Position numbers and translations under genes: made by a program. A stretch of 39,315 bases of DNA from Basidiobolus meristosporus CBS 931.73 (lineage: Eukaryota > Fungi > Basidiobolomycota). How positions within the stretch are numbered: the first letter of the stretch is position 1; every line of letters starts with the position of its first letter. Below are positions 24,778-36,700 of this stretch, piece by piece. The notes beneath the pieces were generated by a model. That model worked only from the letters and a program-made list of their open reading frames with translations. It did not search any database and had not been told where the DNA came from. Location of the stretch: the NCBI GenBank assembly GCA_002104905.1, contig MCFE01000750.1:1-39315 (forward strand), read 5' to 3'.

Positions 24778-27700
24778 ATCTGGACGTTTTCCAAGCATGT
24801 TATACATCAAACTGCCAGCCATAGATTGCTGAGGAAAGTCAGGGATTTCAAATGGCACCAAGTTCACTTGATTTGGTTGAGTTTTGACTAAGTTAAGGTT
24901 TGTCTCCATTGGGGTAGCTGCCAGTTTACAGTCTTCCATTTTGTACTTCTTTGGTATATCTTGAATATACTTGGATTGGCTTACAGTGATAGTCTGGGTA
25001 CTTCTGTCTATGGAGAACTTAATCCCTATGTAGTAACTGAGTTCTCCTAGATTGGACATCTTGAACTCCTTAGATGGGCTGGATGTAGTCTCTTCCAATG
25101 TTTCTATGTTGTTGGCATCAATAATAAGATCATCCACATATAGAGCTAATAAAACTGGATTTGCTCTATCTGACTTATAGTATATGCTATAGCCAGTATT
25201 ACTACATTTGAAACTCAAAGGTTCCAAATAAGAATCTATCTTGCAATTCCAGGCTCTTGGTGATTGTTTGAGACCATATAGTGACTTTTTAAGCTTGCAG
25301 ACCAAATGGGGGCTATCTTGGTCAACAAACCCATCTGTCCAGTCTATATACACATCCTCATCAAGGTCTCCATTCAAAAATGCAGCTTTTACATCCATTT
25401 GATGAATAAAAAACTTATATTTGGCTGCAATAGCAAATATCAATCTGATGGAATTAAACTGGGCTACCGGTGCAAAGGTCTCAGTATAGTCAAGTCCTTT
25501 TGTTTGAGAGTATCCTTTGGCAACAAGTCTTGCTTTGTATCTTTCCATTGTACCATCAGCCATATATTTTGTCTTGAAGACCCATCTGCATCCAATTGAT
25601 TTTTGGTTGATTAGTGATTTGACTAAGTCCCAAGTTTGAGTTTCTATCAGGGCCTGATATTCCTCAGTCATTGCAGGTCTCCCAAACTTTGTCTGAGGGC
25701 TATATTGGGCCCTTTTACAGTCTGGTGCTCATCAATATGGACTGAATAGGTATAAGGTAAGTGTGTACCCTCATTGATATAGTAATTTGGGCTATTTCTT
25801 GTCTGATTGGATCTCTGGGCTTTTGGTACTGGAATAATCACTTCTGGGATATTCCTGGGCACTGCTTCTGGCTGAACCATAGTTGTAGAGTCCTCTGGAG
25901 TGAAAAAGGTTTCATTGTTTTGCACTGATTCAATCCTGACAATTGGTGGACTTGAGATCAAATTTTTGTCATTATCTGAAGTCATTTTTTGTGAATATTT
26001 TGAATTTTCATCAAACAACACATCTCTGGACCTGATCAGCTTCCTTGCCTTGGTATTGTGGAGTCTGTATTCCTTAATCTCATTGCAGTTGCCCAAAAAT
26101 ATGCATTTTACACTTTTTGGCTCAAATTTTGACTGATTTCTGGCTAGTTTTTTGACATATGCTGTACATCCAGATATTCTTGGATGTTCTGCACTTGGAC
26201 TGTATCGATACCATGATTCAAATGGAGTAGAATCACAAAGTATTCTGTTATAGCTCCTATTTTAAAGATATACAGTAGTGGCAACTGATTCCGCCCAAAA
26301 AGCATAAGATCATTCTTGATCACAGATCATAGATCTTGCCATATCAATTATTGATCTGTTAGCACAATCTGCTACCCCATTTTACTATGGGGAGTATGGT
26401 ACCATAGTCTGTTGCTTTATCCCATGAATTTTGCAGAAGTGGATAAAGAGTTTTGAGGTATATTCTCCACCATTGTCAGAGAGTATTTGGTTGATTTTTT
26501 CACCAGTTTCTCTCTCCACCATGGCTTTGAACTCCCTGAACTTAGACAGAACTTCTCCCTATCTCTCCATGAAGTAGACTTATATGTATCTTGTTTAATC
26601 ATCAATAAAAGTGAACAAATACTTCATCCTACATAAGGATAAATTTTGTAGGTCTACACAGATCTGAGTGAATCAGATCTAATTTTCTCTTAGTTTTGAT
26701 TAACCCAGAGCTCTTGAGCCCTGGACTGGCTTATTTCCCATATATGCAGGCTTCTGAGTGCTCCAAATTAGCTGGGGGATCACCTTTTACTCCAGAAATT
26801 AGCTGATATTTGATCATTTTACGTAAATAATCAAAATTGATATGTCCAAATTTCCTATACCAAAGCATTGGTATTTCTTCATTTAAGTTACTTATATTGG
26901 CTTCCAGATATGATGAAATATAAGTCAACTTGTATAAATCTTGATCTCTGGTGCCCAAAGCAATGTGGGCACCCTTTTGATCAGTGATCCTGCATCCAGA
27001 ATTGTCAAAACTGAAACTGAGTCCTTCTGCTGTGGCCTTGCTTACAGAGAGTAGGTTCTTGGCTATTTCTGGTACATAGAGTACTTCGGTAAAGGTCAGT
27101 GTATGGCTTCCTTCACTGCCTCTAAGGCTTACTTGGATAGTTCCTTCTCCCACTGCATCAAGTGTTCTATTGTCACCCATGAAAACCTTCTTAATTGGGA
27201 TTTCTTGATATTGGGTAACAAGTTCTCTTTGGTGTGTAAAGTGTTGAGAAGCTCCAGAGTCAATATACAATGCCTGAGAATCCTTGTTTGTGGTCATATT
27301 TAGTGCTGGTATGCATAGTCTATCTTCAGTTGTTGCAGCATTTCCATAATCAGGCTTCTTTTGTGGATTATCTTTCTTTTTGAGACACTGGTCTGATGTG
27401 TGTCCTTTCCTTTTGCAGTAGTTGCAAAATAGGTTGCTGTTGCCTTTGTAGGGTCTTGGGCACCTCCTTAGTTGGTTATCATTGCTTATTAAAGCATTTT
27501 CTTCTTCCTTCTTATTTGTGCTTGATTTTCTTAATTCTTCATCCAGGAGCCTTCCATATACGTAATTTAAGGTCAAGTTTTCAGTTCTTGACTCTAGGGC
27601 TGATACAAGGCCCTGAAACGTGTCTGTCAGGCTGTTCTGGATGGTGACTATCACATCCTCATCAGGAGTTGGTACACCCACAGATTCCATCTCATCTACC

Positions 27701-28479
27701 AGCAGGGTAATTCTGGTAATAAAATTTTTCATTTCTTCCGCTGGCAGCATCTTTGTAGTAAAGAATTATCATCTTGGATACATTTTCTTAGCAGCTGAAA
27801 ATGACTGGTAGGTGTCTTCTAATGCCTTCCACGCATTCTTTGCCGTTTTTGCTCTTGAGCACTGAATTAACAATTTGTCTTTAACATTGAGACAAATGCA
27901 ATTAAAGGCACTTTGTTGTTTCTTCTGGTACTTCAAGGCTTCCGCTCCCATGTTTTCAGGAGGACATTCTTCTCCAATGACAATATCCCAAAGGCCTCTT
28001 TCTTGTAGCAGCATCTCATCTTCACCTTCCACACTTGATAGTTAGATCCATCCAACTTTTCAGCAGAGGGAAAAATTCCAGTATTAGCAGAAGTAGACAT
28101 TGCAGAGTGTGACAGCTTGGGGCCCATAGCCTGTTGTAAGAGTCTTGGAGATATTGGAAGTGATTGGGAGAACAAGTAGATTATGTGGTTATCACTTAAT
28201 GATTTATTGAATGTAAAAGTAGTATTTATACTTTTACATGGTCTTGGCATAAAGAACACATAGAATAAGCTAAGGAAGGTCCCAAGTACATATGAGCAAA
28301 GTTTGAGGCTGATTGGGCAACTTTGAGAATTTTCATATTCTGGGTACCTAGTATTTTGGTGAAAATATTCTATGTAAATCCCAACAAGGAATTTGGTCAG
28401 TATTCCCCAGGATTTGAAGGTAATGATCTAAGTGACTAAGTTAGGTGAGAATTTAGGTGGAAATACAAATTTTTCAACA
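24776..28479 (-). mobile_element. Copia C6: 5' LTR 28132-28479, PBS variant GGCTATGGGCCC, gag to RT, 3' end missing
   Basis: ORFs 26731-27750 (gag-PR) and 24763-25671 (RT with LYVDD). Confidence 0.92.
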
Positions 28480-28483
28480 TACC

Positions 28484-31400
28484 TTGTGTTTGTAATGCCA
28501 ATACCATGTAAAAGTATAAATACTACTTTTAAATTAAATCAATCAGTAAGTGAAGACCACATAATCTATTTGTTCTCCCAATCACTTCCACTATCTCCAA
28601 GACTCTTGCAACAAGTTCTGGATGCAAGATCAATGATCAGAATGATGCCCATAATGCTCTGGGTATCAGAGATCAGAATCTATACAAGTTGACTTATATT
28701 TGGTCATATCTGGAAGCCAATATATGTAACTTAAATGAAGAAACACTAATGCTTTGGCACAGGAGATTTGGGCACATCAATTTTGATTATTTGTGCAAAA
28801 TGATTAAAGATCAGCTAATATCTGGAGTAAAAGTTGATCCCCCAGCTAATTTGTAGCACTGTGAAGCCTGCATATATGGGAAACAAGCCAGACAAGCATT
28901 CAAAAGCTGTGAGTCAGTCAAAACTAAGAAAAAATTAGATCTAACTTGCTCAGATCTGTGTGGACCTATGCAAAATTTATCCTTAGGCAGGATGAAGTAT
29001 ATAATCACCTTTATTGTTGATTATACAAGATACACATGGGTCTACTTCATGGAGAGAAAGGAAGAAGCTCTGTTTAAGCTCAGGGAGTTCAAAGCCATGT
29101 TGGAGAGAGAAACTGGTGAAAAAATCAAGAAAATATGCTCTGACAATGGTGGAGAACATACCTCAAAACTCCTCATCCACTACTGCAAAATTCATGGGAT
29201 AAAGCAACAGACTACTGTACCATACTCCCCACAGCAAAATGGAGTAGTAGAATGTGCAAACAGATCAATAACTTTTATGGCAAGATCTATGATCCATAAT
29301 CCAAAATTTTCCTATGATTTTTGGGCATAATCAGCTGATACAGCTGTATACCTTAGAAATTATAAATCAATTGGATGCAGATGGGTCTTCAAGACAAAAT
29401 ATATGGCTGATGGTACAGTTGATAGATACAAAGCTAGACTTGTTGCCAAAGGATACTCTCAAACAAAAGGACTTGACTATACTGAGATCTTTGCACCGGT
29501 AGCCAAGTTCAATACCAACAGATCAATATTGGTTATTGCAGCCAAATATAAGTTTTTCAGTCATCAAATGGATGTATCAACTGCATTTTTGAATCAAGCA
29601 CTTGATGAGGATGTGTGTATGTACCAGCCTGATGGGCTTGCTGACCATGATAACCCCCATTTGGACTGCACGCCTAAAAAGTCTCTATATGGTCTTAAAC
29701 AATCACCAGGAGCCTGGAATTACATGATAGATTCTTATTTGGAATCTTTGAGTTTTAAAAGGGGTAATGTTGACTATAGTATATACTATAAGCCAAATAG
29801 AGCAAATCCAGTTCTATTAGCTCTATATGTGGATGATCTTATTATAGCCACCAATACCCTAGAAACATTGGAAGAGACTAAATCCAGCCTATGAACGGAG
29901 TTCAAGATGTCCATTCTAAGAGAACTCAGTTACTACATAGGGATTAAGTTCTCCATAGACAGAAGTACCCAGACTATCACCCCTAGCCAATCCAAGTATA
30001 TTCAAGATAAACTAAAGAAGTACAAAATGGAAGACTGTAAACTGGCAGCTACCCCAATGGAGACAAACCTGCACTTGGTCAAAACTCTACCAAATGAAGA
30101 GAGCTTGGTGCCATCTGAAAGCCCTGACTTTTCTTATCAATATAAGGCTGGCAGTCTGAAGTATTTCATGCTTGGAAAATGTCCAGATATCTCATATTCA
30201 GTGGGAGTTGTAAGCTACCATATTAGAACTATGGATCTGATGATATTGCAGCTGTTAAGCAGATTTTTAGACACCTAAAAGGAACCACTAATATCTGCTA
30301 AAGATACATTTATAAGGAATCAGAACAGGCTCTTGTGGGATACTCTGATGCTGATTGGGGTCAAAATTTGGACAACAGAAGAACCACCACAGGATACACC
30401 TTTCTTTACTGTAAAGGAGCAAAATTCATGGAATTCAACAAAGCAATCAGCTGTAGCACTTTCTACCAAGGAGGCAGAGTACATGGCAGCATCTGAAGCT
30501 ATTAAAAAGGCAATGTGGCTAGGAAAACTTTCTACAGATCTAGGCCTATGTCAAGAAATGCTTATTACTTTACTTCAAGATAATCAAGGATGTATACAAT
30601 TAGGTAGAAATCCAGCTTTTCATGCTGGAACCAAGCACATAGATATTAGACATCATTTTATATGTTGTTGTGGTGTATAGGTCCAAGGGAGAGATATGTC
30701 CAACACTTCTCAAGTGTTTTGTGTGTGGGATGTTCACTGGGTGCAATAACCTCTGGCAAAAGCTTGCTTGGAATACTTGGGTTCTTTCTCTAATCTAATG
30801 TAAAGGGTAATAAAGCCACAAGCTTGTCAAGGGAAAACTATTGAGCTACAATCCCAAACTTAGTTAGCGTCTTAACAAAAGTATGTGCTGGGTTCAGCGT
30901 CCTTTGAGATGACAATGTACTAAGGCTTCCAAAGTCAAAACAACTGTAAACTCCACCAGCAGGGACTTGATAAGAATGCAGCTGTGGTCAATAATTACAA
31001 AGACAGAAAAGTATCTTTGCCTGTACAAGAATAAACTTGGGAAAGAATCAAATATAATAAAAGATACCTACCCTGAGTATTCCTCACAAGTAGTGCCTCC
31101 AAGGGCAGTTGGCTGTCAGCATGGTTTCCTGCAAGTGTCCTGTGGTCTGGGGTTGGAAGCTCAGGTAGCAGTAGGTAGCAGTGATCACACTAATCAACAA
31201 GTTGGTATATTGTGTAAGGGATGAAGAATCATTGTTCAGGGATAGCCTCCCTTATACACTTTTCTTACTGGCCAAGTGATTACTAATCATGGTGTACCAG
31301 AAGGTTCCAAATATCAATAGAAGTCTTAATGACATCAAAACAACCTAAGAATGTTCTAAGTAGGTGCCGGAAGGTTCTAAGAGGCACAGCACATCCAACC

Positions 31401-32239
31401 AATCCGGAATCAGTATTCTGAAACCTGTGTAACATAGTAAAACCATATATGGTATGGAAATGGTAGGGATGGTGACACAGGTAGACCATGCGTCATGGGT
31501 ACTGGCATGGGTACTTGCCTAATATAGAAGCACTTATAGCTAGTAATCTTACATAAAGTGAGGGGTAACTTATGCAATAAGGTAAGCAGGTGTGATAGTC
31601 AACTGGCTTATGGGATAGTACTGATTAGGTAAGACAAATGGGATAAAACTAAAATAAGTGTAGTAGAGATATAGAGGAGTAGAAAATAAGGGAATGAGCA
31701 CATCTGTCAGTAGGTGTCACTGTCACCCCACTACAATGTGAAGCTATATAGAATAACTTGGTTAGGTTAGTTTACTGTTCTACAGATGATATGATTGCAG
31801 ACATACTTTTCAAGCCATTAGCTAGATACAAGTGTGAATATTTTAGGTAAAAATTAGGACTGGTCAGTATGAACATTTAGCTGAGTGGGAGTGTTGTAAA
31901 AGTTTGGGATTCCACCCAAATATTTACCTAACTTAGTCACTTAGATCATTACATTCATATTGAAGAGAATAATGACCAGATTCCTTGTCAGGATCTACTT
32001 GGAATATTTTCACCAAAATACCAGGTACCCAAAACATGAAGATTCTCAAAGTTGTCCAAACAGCCCCAAACCTTGTACACATGTTCCTGGGACCTTCCTT
32101 AACTTATTCCACATGCTTGTAATGCCAAGACCATGTAAAAGTATGAATACTACTTTACATTCAATAAATCATTAAGTGAAAACCACATAATCAATTTGTC
32201 CTCCCAATTACTTCCAATATCTCCAAGACTCTAACAACA
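28484..32239 (+). mobile_element. Copia C7: half LTR 28484-28613, deleted internal region, RT-RH, PPT 31884-31891, 3' LTR 31892-32239
   Basis: IN, RT (LYVDD) and RH pieces; AGTGGGAG followed by TGTTG...CAACA. Confidence 0.88.
30666..31735 (-). mobile_element. Solo LTR family B, copy 2 (1070 bp)
   Basis: On the minus strand TGTAGTGG...CCACAACA; perfect 4-bp TSD ATGT in Copia RNase H. Confidence 0.92.
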
Positions 32240-32343
32240 TATCTGGTACTATAATCTCTACTATAATGCCAGTGGTAGCATAGTTCAGGTAATTTTGCTC
32301 AATCTTACTTATGTTGTTCAAATTAGTGGTTTCCTTGCTTTAT

Positions 32344-33142
32344 TTACTCTACATAATGCTCCAGACACATTTCTCTCAGTGGATGTCTTCTTGTATGAAT
32401 ATACTGTGCATTGATAAGCATCTTAGCTATTTTACCTATTTTGCTGTTTTGTCCTATATATGACTTTCCTTTGTATTTACCAGCCAATATGCTGAGTTGC
32501 TTCAGATATCCAAGTGTATGCTCTACCCTCACTCTGAAATGATTTAATATCCCATTTTAGAGTTTCTGCTTCCTGCTAAGCACACAATTCCTTAGCTACT
32601 TATAAGCTGTGATACACCCTAGTCTGTGACAATCCTCTCCTGTATAAGCTACGTCTGCCATATAATTCTCCTCTCTACTGAATTCTGGATGATTCTCTAC
32701 CCAGAGTGCATTGTTATGCCCACTTCCAGCAAATGGCCCACTAAACCAGATGATGTGACCCTCAATGTCAGGCAGTGCTTGAAACCTCATACAGTGTGCC
32801 TTTTACTTGCCAGAATAAGAGTGCCTCTGCCCTCTAGAAGATCTGTTAATCCTGACTGGCAAGGTATCCAAAATACTCCTTATATAGAACCTGTTGCTGA
32901 ACACTCTGGGATATGGAAGTCTATTGGAGCTTCTGAACCTAGTTTCCCAAGGTTGCTCTAAGTTATTCATACACTCCGCAAGGTGGTTCTCCATTGCTTT
33001 CAGCTTGGAATGAAAGCTTCCAGGACTTTTGTTGCCATGGATGGTGGGATGAAATCTTGTAGGGCAATAGCTCTTGAAATAGCAGAGAATCTTAACAAGC
33101 AATCTCCTTGAGTAGGTTGAGGTAGATGGTCCACAATGCATA
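32344..33142 (-). pseudogene. DDE_Tnp_4-like (PIF/Harbinger, ISL2EU-type) transposase remnant
   Basis: One frame with three stops: ILDTLPV..R..QR..YSGK*K.H..FQ..G.I...SGP..GS.H, MADVAY.G, N....RVRVEH.LG.LK.LSIL. Confidence 0.8.
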
Positions 33143-33368
33143 AGACTTGTTCCATTATACTGTGCCAGGGCACACGGCGTGGTCCGCGGTTGTAAAGAAC
33201 AATTGGGTGTAATATTATAGCTATCAGAAGGCAGGATTGTTCTTGGACAATTTTGCACTATGCGGGACAATCTCGCACACTATGGCACAATCTGACACAA
33301 TGAGGTTGGCACGGATGATTGCACCAACTTGTAATGTTTGCATCACGTGCGCAATCGGATACCGCTAT
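33143..33368 (+). mobile_element. Probable left terminus of a larger DNA transposon related to the fold-back family
   Basis: AGACTTGTTCC-N8-GTGCCA, with the same spacing as the fold-back TIR; subterminal TGGCAC/ACAATC repeats. Confidence 0.55.
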
Positions 33369-33736
33369 TGTTATGATCTGCCGCTTGAATGTTTAAGTTA
33401 GATCAGTTTTTAGTCAAATCAATTAGTATATGTTTAGGTTATCAGTATATCAGTATTATCTATGAAATCAGTAGCATTAGTCAGCAAATGAATCAGCAGA
33501 TCCTTATCAGACAGAAAAAGATATATTAAGTAGGATCTTATTGGGTGATGATGATGCAATCAAATGAGTCATCAGCCACAACCTACATTAGGAAATACAA
33601 TTAGTCAGCAATTGATCTGGCAAAATGTATATAAGGAGCTGCTGGAACCTCAATAAAAATCAGTTCAAGTTTTAGTGAATACAATACTAGCTAAACTCCC
33701 TATTCCTCTACAACTCTTATACCAAGACTTGTAACA
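33369..33736 (+). repeat. Gypsy 5' LTR (368 bp)
   Basis: TGTTA...TAACA; TATATAA 33628; AATAAA 33652. Confidence 0.96.
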
Positions 33737-33737
33737 T

Positions 33738-33748
33738 TGGTAGCAGCG
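33738..33748 (+). promoter_or_regulatory. Gypsy PBS TGGTAGCAGCG, probably for the 3' end of tRNAiMet
   Basis: TGG 1 nt after the LTR; resembles TGGTAGC-type initiator-Met PBSs. Confidence 0.65.
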
Positions 33749-33794
33749 ATAACCAGAAACCTCCCTCCTGAAGAAAGAAGAAACCACCCTCAAG

Positions 33795-36700
33795 ATGTCG
33801 GACAATCAAGAATGGAAGAATGCCATGCAGCAAATCCTGGCCCAACAGCAACAGCTACTTCAGATCCTCAGCCAACAGCAACAAGGAATGACTACCATGG
33901 CTCAGAGCCAGCAAAGCCCTATCAAGAGCAACTTTAGTGTGAAGGTCAACCGGTACCATGGCAGAGTCAATGAAAACCTGGGAACTTGGCTCTTTCAGAT
34001 TGAAGAAGCTTTTAAAGCTAAAGGAATTGCTCCAGAGAGCAAGTTGCATTATGCAGCTTCTTACCTGGCAGATGCAGCTTTACAGTGGTACCACAACAAG
34101 ATCAGGTCAGCTACTATGATGGGATGCTCTACAATCTCTACCTGGGATGAGTTTGTGTCGGAAATTCAGGATGCTTTTGAACCTCCACACCAGCAGACAC
34201 TACTAAGAAGGAAGTTAAAGACACTCAGACAGAAAGGATTGGTGCAAGAATACATCTATGAGTACAGATGTCTACTTGGACAAATTGAAAGAATGGACCC
34301 CTTGGATCAAGTTGAATACTTTATTGATGGGTTGAAAGAAAGAACTCGCAAGGAAGTTAATTACCGAAGACCTCAGACTATTGAAGAAGCCATCAAGATT
34401 GCCATTGACTATGACTCAGCTATGTTTGGAGTTGGGAAGCCTACAGTGACTAGTCAGAAAGGCTATAATCATTATGAAAGAAGACAATCAGAAGCAGTAC
34501 CAATGGAAATAGACGCTATGCAGAAGAATCCCTCCTCAGAAGAATGCAAGAAGAGAGGACTTTGCTTCAATTGCCACCAGCAGGGACATATTGCAAAGTA
34601 CTGCCCTCAGAGAAGAAATGGACACCAGCCAACAAGAACCTTCAACCATATTGAATCCCATGAACACAATAATGAGGAAGATGAGCTTGAAGAAGACTCG
34701 GAACTCACCTTCCATATGACAGAGGAGTACTTGTCCCAAATGACTTCAAACTCAGGGAAGTTATTGTACCTGAATGGAGCAATCAATGGAGTACCTGCCA
34801 AGATCATGATTGACTCAGGAGCATCGCATGAGTACATGTCAGAGCAATTTGCTTTGAAAGCTGGAATCAACTCGGAACCTACCAAATCAACTTCAGTCTC
34901 CACAGCTGATGGGAACTCCCACATAATCAACCGTATTACCCAGCCAGTAAGAATGAAGATCAATGACTATGAAGAAGACCTACAGGCTTATATATTTGGG
35001 AACTGCAAGTTTGACCTTGTACTTGGGAAAACCTGGCTATTTTGTCGTAATCCATCAATCAACTGGAGAACCCATGCTACTCAGATCCAAAAAGACAACA
35101 AGACCTATGAGCTATTACCTGCCAGGCTGGATTTCAACTTGGTCAATTCCAGTGTGTGTGAGACAAGTGAACTTAGCAAGACCCAGTTCTGTAGAGCACT
35201 TAGAAAAGGTACCCAGATGTTCCTCATGGCGGTATTACAGGAGGATTCCTCTATCCCAGCACCCCAGCAGGTCCAGACTCTCTTGAAGAAATATTCAGAC
35301 GTGTTTCCAGATGAGCTTGTAAGCCTACCACCAGTCAGAGACGTGGATCATGCCATTGACACAGGAGATAGCCCTCCAGTGAGCAAGACACCTTACAGAA
35401 TGAGTCCATTGGAATTGGAGGAAATGAAGAAACAAATTGATCAGCTATTGGAGCAAGGATACATCAGGCCCAGCAAGTCACCTTGGGGAGCACCAGTGCT
35501 TTTTGTGAAAAAGAAGGATGGAACACTTAGGATGTGCATTGACTACAGAGCCCTGAACTCAGTTACCGTCAAGAATAAGTACCCCATACCTCGGATTGAT
35601 GAGCTTTTGGACCAACTTAATGGAGCCACTATTTTCAGCAAGATTGACCTCATGTCAGGATACAACCAGATTAGGGTGAAACCAGAAGATATCCCTAAGA
35701 CAGCATTCAGGACCAGATATGGACATTACGAGTACTTAGTCATGAGTTTTGGCCTCACTAATGCCCCTGCAACATTCATGACGCTGATGCAGACTGTCTT
35801 TCAGGAGTACTTAGACAAGTTTGTGATAATCTACCTGGATGACATATTGATATACAGCAAGACAGAAAAGGATCACATGGTGCACATTGAAAAGGTCTTG
35901 AAGAAACTAAGAGAGAACAAGCTATACGGCAAGCTAGCCAAGTGTGAATTCTTCAAGGAACACGTAGAATATCTGGGACACATAGTGACTAGCACAGGAG
36001 TAACCTTAGACCCCAAGAAGGTGGAAGTAATCAAGAATTTGAAGCAGCCCCATAGCATATCAGAACTCAGATCCTTCCTTGGAATGGTTTCCTATTATCG
36101 GAGATTTGTCAAGTCATTTGCAAGTATTGCAGCCCCTTTAACTGATATCCTCAAGAAAGAGAATACCTACAAGTGGGACATAGCTTGTGAGACTGCCTTC
36201 CAGACGCTAAAGAATGAACTTGCTAAGTTGCCAAGCTTACGAATACCAGACTTCAGAAAAGAGTTCACTCTATGCACAGATGCTTCAGATTATGCAATTG
36301 GTGGAGTGCTGAGCCAAGAACACGAGGGAAAGGACTACCCTGTTGCCTTTGAATCCAAGAAACTGAACTCAGCAGAACAAAACTATCCAGTCCGTGAGAA
36401 GGAGATGCTTGCTATAATACACTGTTTGAAGACATGGAGATGCTATATTGAAGGAGTCAAATGCACTGTGAAGACTGATCATGCCTCCCTCAAGTATATA
36501 TTTACTCAGAAGGTACTCTCTAGAAGAATGACAAGATGGAGTGAATACATTCAGCAATTTGACCTGGAGATTGTCTACTGCCCTGGAAAAAACAACACGG
36601 TTGCTGATGCCTTATCAAGATTAGATCAAGTTGCACAACTCAACTTGGTGCATGAATCAGATTGGCCTAGCCTATTACCAAAGTACTTGGAGGACCAAGC

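Noticed and set aside
4487-27811. Recurrent small ORFs (MASFTASK..., MSVRLF..., MCVLSF...)
   Set aside because: They are antisense or off-frame shadows of Copia gag-pol and recur only because the element is repeated.
6880-29894. TGA recoding suggested by shared TGA stops
   Set aside because: The TGAs replace different residues (Trp, Gly, Ser, Pro), TAA/TAG lesions also occur, and the intact Gypsy ORF has no TGA.
33722-33736. CCAAGACT shared by Gypsy and Copia LTR ends; AGACTTGT also starts the fold-back TIR
   Set aside because: Only 8 bp with no further similarity; likely chance.
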